Assembly: GCA_964270895.1 (NCBI GenBank)
Contig: OZ185435.1
Length of the DNA stretch: 64,000 nucleotides
Source of the DNA: Podarcis filfolensis
Taxonomy: Eukaryota
Strand: one strand, 5' to 3'
The translations under genes and the position numbers were made by a program. Each line of letters starts with the position of its first letter. Positions within the stretch are counted from its first letter, which is position 1. Below the pieces are notes generated by a model. That model did not search any database. It had not been told where the DNA came from and saw only the letters and a program-made list of their open reading frames with translations. Positions 11,809 through 25,261 of this stretch are shown piece by piece.

Positions 11809-13767
11809 ACGGAGACTTCATCAACTTGTCCCATGATACTCTTTGTCTGGTTGTATTGTTAGGAGGATTAAATCTGAACACTACATTTCTCAGATCAGTA
11901 AGAAAGCTACCTGAACATTCCCTACTTGTGGAAGACTATTGAGTGTGTATATAGACTGCAGCTATAGTCCTTCCTTTGCAACAATGCTTCCATATCCTCC
12001 CTCACAGGAGTCACCTCCTAGGGTGACTCCCCCCCATAAAATATTTTGCACTCCCCCCAATAAAATATTCGTGGGGACCCCCACCCCTACAAAGTTGATG
12101 GGCATTGCCATTCAAATGGTATGTGTGTCCCGTGTCATGAGATTGATTATGTGGGGCACATGTTGAGATTTGATAGAACATGAAGTTTACAGGGGGAATA
12201 TTGTAGTAACGATACAGAAGGGAGAATTTTCGTCCCTTTGCTTTCATACACTCACTGCCAATCTCTGTACAGGGAGGAGATTTACCACAAAGAATGCAAA
12301 GACTGCTCAGAACCTTTCAACCTAGCATGCAAATTAATTTGTACAAAGACTAATTTTCTGACACTAAAGTTCATCCAATTTATTTACTTAAATTACATTA
12401 ATTCACCCTCCTGACCTTTCAAACAGCTTATATTGTCTCGGCTGACAACTGCATAACTGTACTTAGCTGTTTCTTAATCAGCGCACCATTTACTTAACTC
12501 TGAAAGCTAATATGAAAATGCCTCATGTGTTCTGATCACCCCCTTCAATTTATATAGCCCCACTACTCACTTCCCTTTGCATGGGACTCAAACACATATC
12601 ATTCAGAATCACACTGAACTGAGTAGTTAAAATTAGATAAAATAAAAACACATGCTCAAATCTCACAGCCATTTAAAAGCTCAACTGGGTAGCAAAATCC
12701 ACCCCAAACAGAAGCATATTCTATAGTAATAGCCACCCCATTTATCTGCAAGCAAGCAAATTTACCTGTCCTTCTGAACAGCTTTACCATCCCAAGCACA
12801 AGTTAAGCTGAAACAAACAGAAGGATGGAGGGTAACACAGGAGAATTTGAGGATGATGTCATTGAAATAGTAAATGAACAAAGCATTGCAACTCCATACT
12901 AAATGCCTACTGGGAAAGCAACCCATAACTATCCCACAAAACTTTTAAACCAACAAAAACATTGAGGTGGAATATAGTCAGACTTAAGACCTCGTGATGA
13001 ACCATGTAAGAGCTCGTCCACACTTTCGCTTGACCCGGATTTTGTGTACTGATTAATTCCCCCAGGTCTGAGAGCATCTCTTGTTGTTCTGCAGTTGTGG
13101 CTAGTGAAACTCCGATCTTACCCACTGAATTGGATCTTATAAGATGCGCAGGAAATCCAAATAAATATTTTGCTTAACTGAGCTTTGCTTCAGCAGGTTC
13201 AGACTGGATTTTCACAAGGCACAGCCACAGAACAATGAAGAAAGAACTTGGACCTGGGTGGCTTAATCTGTATACAATATAATAAAAAATTCAGGTCAAG
13301 CAAAACTGTAGGTGTTTCAGTATTTCCTGGGAACAGAAGCAGCTCTCATCAAAGCTCTGTTTCAGAGTTCCCACTCGCACGAGTGACAATCCTATGAATC
13401 TGCTTCATGCAGACTCCATTGTAGGCACATTCCCTTCACATGATTGACAACTGGCCAGTAGTTATTTAGATTTTCTGAGTCCAAGGAAGATTTCTTGAGG
13501 AGTAGTCTTACCACTGCCTCCTTCAATCAGGCAGGGACCACCCCCCTCCTGCAAGGAGGCATTAATCACCTCCCTGGCCCAGCCAGCCATCCCCTACCTG
13601 CTAGTTTTTATCAGCCAAGGGGGCAAGAGTCCAGAGCGCAAGTGATTGCCCTAACCAATCCAAGCACTTTGTCCACATCCTCAAGCCTTACTAACTGAAA
13701 CTCATCCAGCATAACAGGACTAGACAGTTCTCTGGACACCTCTCAAGATTCATCTGCTCTAACAGTA

Positions 13768-13983
13768 CAGTCATTTGCGTTCCGCTCTTGTTACGGACTT
13801 TCAGCTTATGAACGTGGCAACCCCAGAAGTGTTTACTTCCCAGTTCGCCGCCCGTGCATGCACAGAAGTGATCTGTGCACTTTACGCACGTGCAGAAGCT
13901 CAGAAGAGGCACTCTAGTTGAGGATCTTTTGGGGTGCGAATGGCACCCGAAACAGATTAAGTCCGCAACTAGAGCTACCACTG
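13768..13983. mobile_element. Tc1/mariner-type MITE (subfamily B)
   Basis: TA|CAGTCA...TACCACTG|TA termini with TA TSD; body related to 43228-43481. Confidence 0.7.
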
Positions 13984-16194
13984 TAGAGTCAAGGTCCCAG
14001 TGGATGCAAGCAATTTTATCCCCCAGATATTTTGCAAACAAGTCACAGCGAGCCACCGTTGATTTTACCACCTACCTTGGGCCAGACTGTAAAAGGCCCC
14101 ATACTATCCAAAAAAGCTCTGCCAGGCGGCATGATGAGGATGCAATGGAGCCTGGAGGCTCCAAATAGCAGGAGTAGGGAACTGACAGGGAATGAGGACA
14201 TATCTGCTTGTGAGTCACAGATCGAAAATCAAGAGTAGTCAGAGACTGGTAGATCAGAATCATTGACAGGTTCAAGGGTAGAGACAACTTCTTCCAACAA
14301 GGGGTAGTTGCTCACTGAGATCTAATATAGTCCCTCAGCCTGACTGCCCTCCCAGGTTCTGCCCTCTTACTGGAGAATGCAGATCATTAAAGAGATGGGC
14401 TTCTGGAATGAAGCCTGGCACCATGTTGTTTCTCTATTGCCCCCTGCCTGCAGTGGAAAGACTTTGCACATGTGACCTTTTGGGGAAAGGATGATCTGAA
14501 GGCTCAGATGCTGAAGTCTCTGGGGGGCCTTGACTTCCAGACTTAAGTTAGAAGTCTCAGATTCCTGGTCCAGAATGTGGTGGCACTACTGACTTAGTTA
14601 GCCCCTCTCCCAATCAAATCACTGTTTGTAGGCTGGGTTGTAACACAGACTTCATGGAGCCGACAGTCTTTTTAAAAGGCAATCATACATGACAGACTAG
14701 TATGTTGACTGTCAGTCACTATGATGCATATTTATTATGGCTTTCAAAATATATCAGCAAAATCGCAACAGCACTTTGGAGATAGCAAGGAACTGAGAAG
14801 TAGCCCACACAATTTCTTGTTCCACTGGGAATACACTTGATTACTTGTTCACACCCCATAGTTAAAAGGAATAAAGAGAAAAATCATAAAATGTTAGTGA
14901 TTGAGGCAGAGTGAGAGTTACTTGGTATTATCCCCTTCACACTAGGAGGGGAGCAAGGTTTTTTTCAGTTCAAGGGTCACATGGTGGCCACCTGCTGGTG
15001 GTGGGTGGGATGAGGGGCAAGTGGGTGGGAACAGATGTCACTACATTCAAGTCATGCAAGAAGTCAAGGAGTATGTCCTTTGTGGTGTCTGGCCTGAGGA
15101 GAATGCAGGGCCTTTAAAGAGCCTGGGGGGGCAAATTTGGTCCATGGCCCCTGATATACACCATCTCCAGAACATGCTCTCCCTGATTTGAAAAGTCAGC
15201 AAGGAAGATTCCACAGCTTCTGTTGCCCAACGATTCTTCCTGATAGCAAGGAGAGAGAATTTCCTTCCAATCCTAAGTTTATCTTAGGTCTGTGAACTTG
15301 ACATGCACAACTTTTGAGGAGTTCCCATATATATCAGCTCTCCTGTGTAGTAACGTCAGAGAATTTCAACAGAAATAGAAATGAGAGCATGTTTAGTTCC
15401 ACCCTAACTCACCTTTAGAAAAAAATAATAATCAAAAGGTGGTTGTCAACGTTCCTTCTAATTTATCGCTGTGCAGTTCAAAGTTTGCAAAGATATACTG
15501 TGTACTAACAGACAAAACTTTAAAACACTGTTAAATGTCCAAGTGTTGGAAAGGCATGTACTTTTAAGTTATATTTCATTTGGAATTCAGCTGACTGTCC
15601 TTGGCTTGTAAATGACTCACCATGACAATCATGTTTGGGGTGCTGCTGAGTCAAGGCGGTCATAGGAGTCAGTTTTGCTTATCTTGTCAGCACAGCTCCC
15701 TATATAAAGTTTACCCATCCTTCAACGCAGTAGGAGCCTCTGCAGTAATCCTTTACATTTCCAGCACATGGAGGAGAAGGAAAGTTAACTGAGGGCAAGT
15801 AAGTTTGGGGAGGGATCCATCTTGTTTCTTCATTGTTAACCAACATCTTGGCGGTTTATGAAAAAGAAAGCTTCATTTTTTGGTCCCACAAATGATGCCC
15901 CCTTCCACACAATGCAGAGAAAAATGTACAATTGCATCATGTAAATCCACAAGAGAGTTCAAGCTGAGCAAAATAAGATATTTTAACTATAGATGAGGTA
16001 TTGCACTAAGCAGGGGTGTTTCTAGATGCCTAAAAGAATTTGGGCACTGACCCACGAGTGACATAAATTTGCACAAAACAGGCATATGCTAATTTGTATG
16101 TGTAGATACAACTTTAGGGTGACTTTCAAAAGGGACAAATACAAAATCGGCATTTGTTGTTGGGGCTTTATTATGGAAATAGAATTTTCTGGGT

Positions 16195-16278
16195 CCAGAA
16201 TGTCTTAGGGTGATTTTTCAAAAAACCTGAACAACTATTTGTGTCCGGATTCTTACTTCTTGAATTATGGCAACCCTA
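16195..16278. mobile_element. Right terminus of a TAGGGTTGCCA-type hAT element
   Basis: TGTGTCCGGATT...TATGGCAACCCTA matches the right end of 53182-53345; left boundary not resolved. Confidence 0.45.
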
Positions 16279-17804
16279 AGCACTTGCATATACTTACAAG
16301 CCCCTTGTCACCAGTCGATACCATCCACACATTATACCCAGCAACCAAAGAACAACACAATCTGTACAACAAATAGAAAAGAAGAAACTCTCCCGTGTGC
16401 ATAGCAGAAAACTCAAGCAAGTTAGTCAAGACACACATGATATGCATTATCAAGAAAATAAGCATGCAGAATTGTCAGTAAACATGTCCATTTTAGGGAT
16501 CAGAAGCTTGTGAGACGCACAAAAATTTTGTTGTTTGGTTAAAAAATAAACACCAAAAAAAACAACCTGAAAGATTGTATTTCTCAATTCCAGGTTGTGG
16601 AGGGGAAAAAAGGTTTTATATTTCTGTCCCACTCAAATTTCCAAGAGACATTTTACTTATTGGGTTTTGGTACAGTAGAAAAGACTCGGGCTACCCCCTA
16701 AAACAATGCCATGGGCACTGAAACTATATAGGACGAGAATTCAGGATGGAAGAGAAGAAACTGAACCTTGTTTTTCCTATAGGCAGATTCGCCCTCACTT
16801 CCTTTTTTTCTGATCCTGAGCTAGAAATATAAAGCATAAGAGAAGAGAGACTGATTTTTCTTCTCCTATTGTAGTCTTTGTATCACTAAAATCTATGATC
16901 GCTTAGCTCAGTGGAGGTTAGATATTTCTAAGGCCCCTGGTTTTATTCTTCCCCCATTGTTCTGAATTGTGCTGGCAATTCATCAACAGGACAGGATTCT
17001 TCCCCAGCGGTGTCAGCACGAGAAAAGTGCAAACTCTTTAAGGCTTGCCCTTATTTAAATGCTCTACAATGAGAGAGTTTAAAAGGGAACACAGGCAATA
17101 TATTCATGAGATGCTTTATTTGACAAATCCCCCTGAAAGTGCATAATGTTTTCTTGTTATATATCATCCATTGGCCAGCCTGAACACCTTTTTCATTTCA
17201 GAGCTGTCACATCAAACTGCATTTGACTAAAATAAACCTTGGGAATCAAATGTTGATATACACTAAAGCCCGTTCTGTGGCCCATAAATCATTGGGCTAT
17301 TTGACTACAGATCCCTTTTTCATTTGGATGAGCTTTCATTCCATTCTGACTTGGCAGTTATAACTCATAGCCATATTTATTTATTACCTCTGTCCTATAA
17401 TGCTGCCCAACAGCAATAAACATGAGTCTAATGATAACAGAGGTTCGAGATGGATGGGGAGACACCCAGTAGGAGCTGAGTCAGCCTTGGGTAGCTTTCG
17501 TGCCCCTAAGAGCCTCCTGCTCTTCCACTGGAATATAGATGGAAGAATTAAATGCTGCTCAAAGATGAAGGTTCCACCAACATAAGCATTTCAGTTTGGC
17601 TGATGAAACATTCTCCCCTCTCCTCCCCGTGTGGTGTTCTGGGGGTTCTCCTACCACCACCCCACTCCAGAGCCAATTTTGGGGTGGCACAGGGGAAGGA
17701 GAGGTGATATAGTGCAACTAATTAGTTGAATCTACCCCCAAAGGGGAAATACATTAAAAGTAATACTAAAACTAATCTCAATGCAGTTTTTTAAAAAGAA
17801 AGAT

Positions 17805-18468
17805 TGTCCCAAACCCCTGGCCTACCTGGCAGCAAGACGCTATGCCAAATCCAAAGTTCAAAGTCCAGGGCTCAATCCATTTAAGCAAAGTCCAAAATCC
17901 AAAGTCTGGAGGTCAGGAAACGCAGTACAAGGCCAATCCAAGTAGCCAAGTCTGAAGTCCAGCATACAGTGCAGAGTCAAATCCAAAGCACAGTCCCATA
18001 GAGGTCCAGGAGCATCCAAATCAAGGTCCATCAACATGGGCAACTAAGTAAACACAGCACCCCAGTTCTGCTTCCTTTTGTACTCTGTATGCTGACTACA
18101 GCATCTGGGCTTGACAAGGCAGGCGACCCTTACTTGCTCCAAGCTTACTCCAGCTGAGGAATCACACACCTCTTCCTAGAGCTAGTGAGTCCCACCCGGC
18201 CAGCTAGCGAGCTGGGCTGTGGGCCCTTGCCTGCCTCAGCCTCCTAGAGCACCACTCCCACTGCTCCCTATGCCTCAGAGTCCACTGTGCTCATGGAGAC
18301 TGGGGCCCTTCTGGTGATGGGGCCTGCTGCTCTGGTTCCTGTGCATTGACCACCATCCCCTTGTCATCCTCCATCACCCTGTGAGTACTTCCTTCCCCAT
18401 CCCCCGTTTGCCCCGGTGTGTCCCAGGGATCCTCTTCCTCCTCCACATCATCCTGCCGGTTCATGACA
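17805..18468 (-). mobile_element. Solo LTR (probably Ty3/Gypsy)
   Basis: TGTC...GACA termini; 5-bp TSD AAGAT/CAGAT (4/5); internal TCCAAA/GTCCA low-complexity repeats. Strand is inferred. Confidence 0.7.
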
Positions 18469-21183
18469 CAGATTGATGCAAAGGACATATAAATAAACAT
18501 ATGCAAAGAAATAGGCTCCTCTGTCCATCTCTAACCTCTGGGACCTGGTTGAATTGTAAAACTGCTCTCACCAGCATGTTGTTCCTAACGTTCAGCTGAA
18601 AGCTACCTTCCTGTAACTTAGATTAGATCCAGACGTGGCCCCTGGGTCAGCAGGAAAAACATCTTTGCCCTTTTCTACATGCATGTTCATACATGATATT
18701 CAACAAATGTACAGTCTGTACCTGTATACACCCTTGTACAGCTGTTCACATGTAATGAAATTTCATTTATTATGGCCATAGGCCCATACACTGTTCACAT
18801 GTAATGTTCAATGAGTGCACAGCCTGTGTACACAGTAGCTAAGCTACACGAATCAAAAATTGCCCACTCTTTCACAAAAACACTTGTACATGTGTAGAGA
18901 CAGCTCGTGAACTGTGTTAAGTATAATGTAAGGATAAGCCTTATGTGACATTCCTTCAGGAGTCTGATGAGTGTTCTCCTGTCCACTCATCTTCAGTGTA
19001 ACTGCTCCAATCAACAGACTGGCTTCATTAAGAGAAAACTGTAAATGCTACATTTGCATGTACTACTTCACATTGCCACATATAACATGGCTCTCCTGTT
19101 ATTTACAAGTTTAGGCCAGTGAGCCTAAATTGGATGTCCGCAACTATAACAATACATTTAAATCTAAACATGCCAAGGACTTGGAGTGGGAAACAGTAAT
19201 TATATGAGAAGGATTGATCCTTGCCTGTGGAGGTCTCTCAAGGTCTCACACGAAGGCCCAAGTCAAAGAAGGTCTAACAAATTATCAGATGAGCCATCTG
19301 CTTAGTTAAATGTCAGCTGCCAAACTTACTCATCATTGATCTATTGCAGTCTTTTTTTCTTGGCGGACAAAAAAAGGTGAAGCTGTGAGTATAATTGATT
19401 CTGTCTATTTATTTGTCATAATTTAAATGCTTAGAGCAAAAATGTACTGCTATGAGTTTGTGGGGGTGCCTGGACCTCCCTTCTAATTCCTGGGTGCCAG
19501 ACACTGGATTTAGCATGTTAAAACACAAACCAGGCTGGGGTCTTGTGTCCAGGAAATTGCCCAGGGAAGGGCTTAGGCTGAATTATTACCTCTTCCCCAC
19601 TTCTAATTCCTGGATCCAGGAATTCAATTGCTGAAATAGCCAGACTGCCCTGGTAATGACCCACTAAAGATGGGTGGTTCAAGGCACAAAGAGAGTGGCT
19701 CTGTGGCAGAGGACAAATGGGAGGATCCCCTCCCTCAACTCAGAATTAGATAGAAAGACAAAAGCCTTTGAAGCTGAGTTTTAGAGTTTGCTGTGATGTG
19801 AGCTAGAGAGGAAAAGTGGGAGTCTCTAAAATGCAGCAAGCTGGAGAGAGGGTCAAAGGGGGAAACAGGACTCTGTTCTGCAAAAGCTTTTACTTCTTTA
19901 AGCAGATACAGTATTTTGAATTTTTGGGTGCGGGTAGCAGGGAGCAAAACAGTAACAAAACCTAGGATTTTATTTATTAGTTATTTGTATTTATTAAAAC
20001 ATTTCTGTACTGCCTTTCACATTGGATGTTGAGGTGGTATAAAACAGCATTTAAAATATAGATTTCAAACAATGGAAATACAATACAAGTGAAACAGAGC
20101 TAATAGCCCTGAGCAAGGTTAAAATCGCGAGCAAACCATTAGTATCAGATATTAAAAAGATTTTCCCAGTCTTTTCTGGATAAGTGCCAAAATGCAAGTA
20201 ATGTTGGTGTTTACCTAAGCTGATGGAAGAGGAGGATGTTGGGACACTACTCCATCCTTGTATGAACATCACTACCGGTGGATACTGTTATATATTGAAT
20301 GCTATTACTTGTTAAGTTTTTGATGCATTGCTTGGAGCTCAACCTAGTTGCTGGGAAAGTGGCACATATATATGAAATAAAAATTAAAACATAAAATAAA
20401 AAACAAAACCTGCTGGTTTTGTTGTATTGTTAAACTCTCACAGTGCTTCCCCTGGCTGGAGCAGAGAACTCAAATAAAGGTCAATGCGATCAATTTAAGT
20501 TACATTCAGCATGGCATCTCTCTTTCTACTTACTTTCAAGTTATCCAGATTCTTTTTTAAAAAGCTTCAAGATAGGTCAACTGATCAGGTAAAGCACAGT
20601 TTAATAAGAAAGGTGGAGGGGGGGGGGAGTTGGTTAACTTTTGCTCCAGAAAGCTGCATTCTGACAAATAGGAAATCAGATAGATCTAACTAGTCTCAGG
20701 ATTCCATGCTTTTTCTCCCACCAAGCAAATAGTGTAATAGATCAATGGTGATTTAGTTTGGTGTGCAGCCTGTAACTAAGTGTGTCACTTATCTCACCAT
20801 GTCAAAACTGTATTCTGAAATTGTAAACTTCCAGGAAAGGTGCACTGTGTGCCTTTTTTCATATACAGATTTGCTCCAAGCATCCAGCGCACAGGCAAAG
20901 CCAACCCAGCAGTCCTGATAGTACATTTGCACCAGCCAGCCTCCCTGCTGCCTCTTCCCAATAAGCAACAATGACCGCCACCAAGTTGCTTCTTCTGTCA
21001 GCATTCTGAGCTGACAGAGTCACAGGCCAAGGCAGTATTCAGGACCAAGGGACAAATGAGGAGGTATGAGTGAAGAATATCCAAGGGAATAGCCAACACA
21101 CCAGAGCTCAGGATGACCTTGTTGTTCAAGCAAGGTTAAACTGAAATAGGAAATAGTTAATATTCCTTGCTGCTCAGGAAAAG

Positions 21184-21490
21184 CATACCCTTCAACATAT
21201 CTCTGATGAAAACAGGAATGTCCTATTCCATCATCAACATCATTTTACTATTTATAACCCACCCATCTGACTGGGTTGCCCCAGCCACTCAGGGAAGCTT
21301 CGAACATACATAAAAACATACTAAAACATTAAACATTTTAAAACTTGTCTATACTGGGCTGCCTGCAGATGGCTCGGGGGTCGGATAACTCCATGCGCTC
21401 CAACATTTCTCCGATGAAATTAGGGACATCCTAAGGAAAACTGAGATATTCCGTTATCAAATCAGAAACCAGGACAGCTTGGAGGCTCTG
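21184..21490 (-). mobile_element. TIR-bounded composite element containing an L2 3' tail (copy 1)
   Basis: Reverse-orientation homolog of 25262-25647: CATACCCTTCAACAT..[TTTATAACCCACCCATCTGACTGGGTTGCCCCAGCCACTC]..CTCCAACATTTCTCCGATGAAA..CTTGGAGGCTCTG. Confidence 0.75.
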
Positions 21491-22878
21491 GAAGTTCCAA
21501 TTGGCACATTGATTGGACGAGGTCAGTCTAAGGCCTGAAGGTACCTTCCCCTGAGAAGCTGCCTCCAGCAGTTCACTGATTTGCAAGCAGCCCTTGAGAG
21601 GAACATATATAGGTATAGGCATCAATTCTCAGGACTAGCAATGCAATCTTTTTCAAAACACATACATTTTGTAATGAAAGCTAAGGGAGAATTATTTCAC
21701 TCAGTTCTATATTGGGTGGGGGTGGGGAGAGACAGTAGCTGTGGTCAAAACGTTTTTCTGTCACCTTCTATGCAGTTCTCAGTCAGACTCCAGACCTTGT
21801 TTGCACAGGGTTAAATGTCGCCGTGGATGTGAGGAAGACGCATCTCCTGAATGCCAATTTAGAACTGTCTGCAAAACAGAATTGTGACCTTCTGTGTTTT
21901 GCTTGCAGCACAGATTCAATAGCTGCTGCTCACTGTAAAGCTGCTTTAATTTTCATGGCAGGTAAACTGGGGATTGTTTCAGAGCCCTGGCTTTCTAAGT
22001 GTGAAATGAGCCTTCAGAAGCAGTTGGTAGGGGAAGTGTACATTTGCACATAACTTCATCCCAAGCCTGTATGTGAGTGTTCTCTAAAGGAGGTGTTTTA
22101 CAACTCTGCGGTCTATGTGTCCTCCCATATTCTAGGCTTTTGTGAACCTGACAAAGGCGGGGGGGGGGGGGCTCCTCTTTTGCAAGGGATTTTGTAAGTG
22201 TGTAATTTTTCAGGGATCAAATGGCCTTGCACCCTTTGCAATCCTATTCCATTGAATAGCAATCTAAATTTGCATAGGATTCCTCTGATGATGAGTTAGC
22301 TCTAATCAATCAGAATGTATTCAGTGAATGTGCATATATGGGCATGAGAAGTGACATCACAGTGGCAAGTCCCACCCAAACTTATGTGGCTTAACCGGTA
22401 CTTGTAGAGAACCCCGTAATGTATGCACACATACTGATGTTCCAGCTGTTCATGTGGGAACCTTGCAATTGTAAGTCAATACTTTATTGCCTATTTGGTC
22501 AGATGCAGCTAAATCATTTCAACAGCAGGAGCCAGTGCAATGAGTTCCCACTAGTGCAGTGGGTCTTTCTCCCCTCCTCTTCGCCCATGCATGCACCTGC
22601 TGTGCCCTTCACAAATTTGTTTGGGATAGGAGAACCCCCAGAACAATGGGGCACTGGGGGGACAACATCTGTTCTGCCTGCCAAGCAAAAATGCTTGTGC
22701 TGATGAAACGATTTCTCTCTAAATATTCTGTATGGGTACATTTGTTGAATTCCACCCTAAATATTCTGTTAGGGTCAGACTGCCAGCTGACTTGGGGGTG
22801 GGATTGGAGCTCAATCCACTCCTTTCCCTTTAAAAGTTGCTTGATTGGGGAAATTAGCAGGTAAATAAACATTATACC

Positions 22879-23243
22879 GAGGGGACGCGGGTGGCGCTGT
22901 GGGTAAAACCTCAGCGCCTAGGACTTGCCGATCGTATGGTCGGCGGTTCAAATCCCCGCGGCGGGGTGAGTTCCCGTCGTTCGGTCCCAGCTCCTGCCCA
23001 CCTAGCAGTTCGAAAGCACCCTTAAGTGCAAGTAGATAAATAGGTACCGCTTTACAGTGGGAAGGTAAACGGCGTTTCCGTGTGCTGCGCTGGTGCAGGG
23101 TCGCCAGAGCAGCTTCGTCATGCTGGCCACGTGACCCGGAAGTGTCTTCGGACAGCGCTGGCCCCCGGCCTCTTAAGCGAGATGGGCGCGCAACCCCAGA
23201 GTCGGTCACGACTGGCCCGTACAGGCAGGGGTACCTTTACCTT
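22879..23243 (+). mobile_element. Full-length young Sauria SINE
   Basis: A box TGGCGCTGTGG (22892), B box GGTTCAAATCC (22945), Bov-B-like 3' GAGTCGGTCACGACTGG, (ACCTTT)n tail, perfect 13-bp TSD TAAACATTATACC (22866-22878, 23244-23256); CpG-rich. Confidence 0.95.
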
Positions 23244-25036
23244 TAAACATTATACCCTGCTAAATGTTTTTTTAAAAATATACTGTTGAAGACACAGATA
23301 CAAAAATAAAGTTAACAATCCTGTGTTAGTTTTCAGCAAACAAGCCCACTATCATGCGCCTTTGGTTAGATGCAAGCCAATATTTCTGCAGCTTTGCACA
23401 ACATTGTCTTGTTCGTAAGGTTTCCTTAGGGATTACTGTAGTTGAACTGGCCATTTTTGTTCAATCCCTGAATGTCACTGCAAGATAAAGAAAACACCAA
23501 AAATGTAAGGTTTCTTCCCCCTTTCATTTAGAGCCGGCCGCTATATTGCGCTAAGAGGTCCATTTCCATTTAAATTATTTCATTCAAGCAGAGGTCAAAG
23601 GCTGCAGAAAAATCATAAAATATCCAAGGGATGACTAATTTTCCGCTTTCACTACGCTGTTCAAACCTCTTGTACATGTCCAGCTTTCATTTGGTGGTCA
23701 CATTCTCAAGGACGGCAACATCTGAACAGGCATGTCTACTGGAGGTGAATGTTAACTGATTAAAGCAATATTGCTTTCTTACCACACGGTCCTGAACACA
23801 TCATTTCGAGAATCAATTTCATCGAGGGTTTTTTGCTTAGTGGTAAGTACAGTATGCTTATAATTGCAACCTTAGATGTGTCTATAGTTTTCTAGTGTTG
23901 GCCCTTTAAACTATTTCAGGAGCACAACAATATTGCCTCATCAGAGATGCTCCCTGCCAAGTCATCACCTCCACAGCAATACATTTAACAAATGAACAAG
24001 TATCCCTGACCTATTTAGCAGTGCAAAGGTAAGCAAAAGCAAACTGTTGACATAATGATATTTGTCAACAGCTTGGAGAATGCCCAGAGATCTACCAAGG
24101 TCAGATCTAAAAAAGCACTTGAGATCCCCACACTGCAAAGAATCTCATTTTTCAAATCATAAATTCAGTTCTCCACATTTCCACATCAGTTTGCATTAAA
24201 AAAAAAAGTCTCTATCAAGATTCATCCACATTTTACTGCGGATTTTTCCTGATACACACATTTTTACAAAGCCAATTTCCAAATATATGCATTTTTATGC
24301 ACGCTTTAGCCTAGTAGATGCATTCTGTACATGTTCCTTGGCTGGATAACTTCATTGCAAGAGACAGAGAAGTGTGGATTTTGAAGGATGGCTGTGTTCC
24401 CCTTTGTATATTGTTTCTGAAAGTGCAGATTGGTTAGATGTGCCTTTAAATGTGAACTGAATTGAAGTTCTCTGCCATTCCTAATCATTTTACTAAAAGA
24501 GTGCAGAGCCAGAGAAGAAAACTAATTTCTATTATCCAGGTGGATGCCTGTTAATTTTAGTCCAGTTCTCTCACCAGAACTAAAACTTGAATGCTCTTTT
24601 AAAAGAAATCCCCAAAAAACCACTATCCTATTCCACAGGACTGATCAAGACCCAAAGCCATCTTCATTTTTAAAAATCCGGTTGTAACTTAGATTAGAGA
24701 GACGGCGGCCCTCAACCCCCCCATCCCATGTGCAGCCTCATTTCTCCAGAGCGAGCAATCCGAGGATTGCCATTATAAATCCTTCACACAAATCACAGAT
24801 GAATGCTGGCAGTCTGTACATAATCCGCTTTCTTGTTCTTTTAAAAACTGTCGTTTTTCTGCTTGACAACAGTGAGGCTTTTGTAAAAACATTGGAAGTT
24901 AGGAGCATTACCATATTTTGAGGCTGTCTATTGTATAGAATGTGTCATAGAAATAATCCTCATGCATTTTAAGAGCTTTCCTGCCTGTTCCCCAAAGCAG
25001 CGTGTTTTCCAACAAAAAAGGGGGGAGCTATAACCA

Positions 25037-25038
<2 letters not shown>

Positions 25039-25088
<50 letters not shown>

Positions 25089-25102
25089 GGAGAGAGAGAG
25101 AG
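25039..25102. repeat. (AT)n microsatellite followed by (GA)n
   Basis: About 24 AT units (25039-25086), then GAGAGAGAGAG. Confidence 0.95.
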
Positions 25103-25261
25103 CGCCTGGGGAAAATCTCTTACACCCACAGTTAAATCAAAATATCATCTGCTAAGTCTGCCTAGTACTAAAAAGAAATAAGAAAAAGACACTGTGTGGT
25201 TGGCTTCCACTTCAACCATCCTAACCCTCTAAATGGGTTCTGATGGTGCATACCCAAGCAA

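Noticed and set aside
14987-14998. CTCF-core match (CCAGCAGGTGGC, minus); weaker one at 4623-4636
   Set aside because: Single short matches are expected by chance in 64 kb; there is no family-level recurrence as for the three-copy MITE.
23783-23791. Minus-strand 9-nt microexon TTCAG|GACCGTGTG|GTAAGA, and plus-strand 2-nt TTAG|TG|GTAAGT at 23841-23842
   Set aside because: The first has a poor pyrimidine tract and conflicts in strand with the stronger candidates; a 2-nt exon is implausible without evidence.
24019-24028. TTTAG|CAGTGCAAAG|GTAAGC microexon
   Set aside because: The branch-like CTGAC is only about 9-12 nt from the AG and there is almost no pyrimidine tract.
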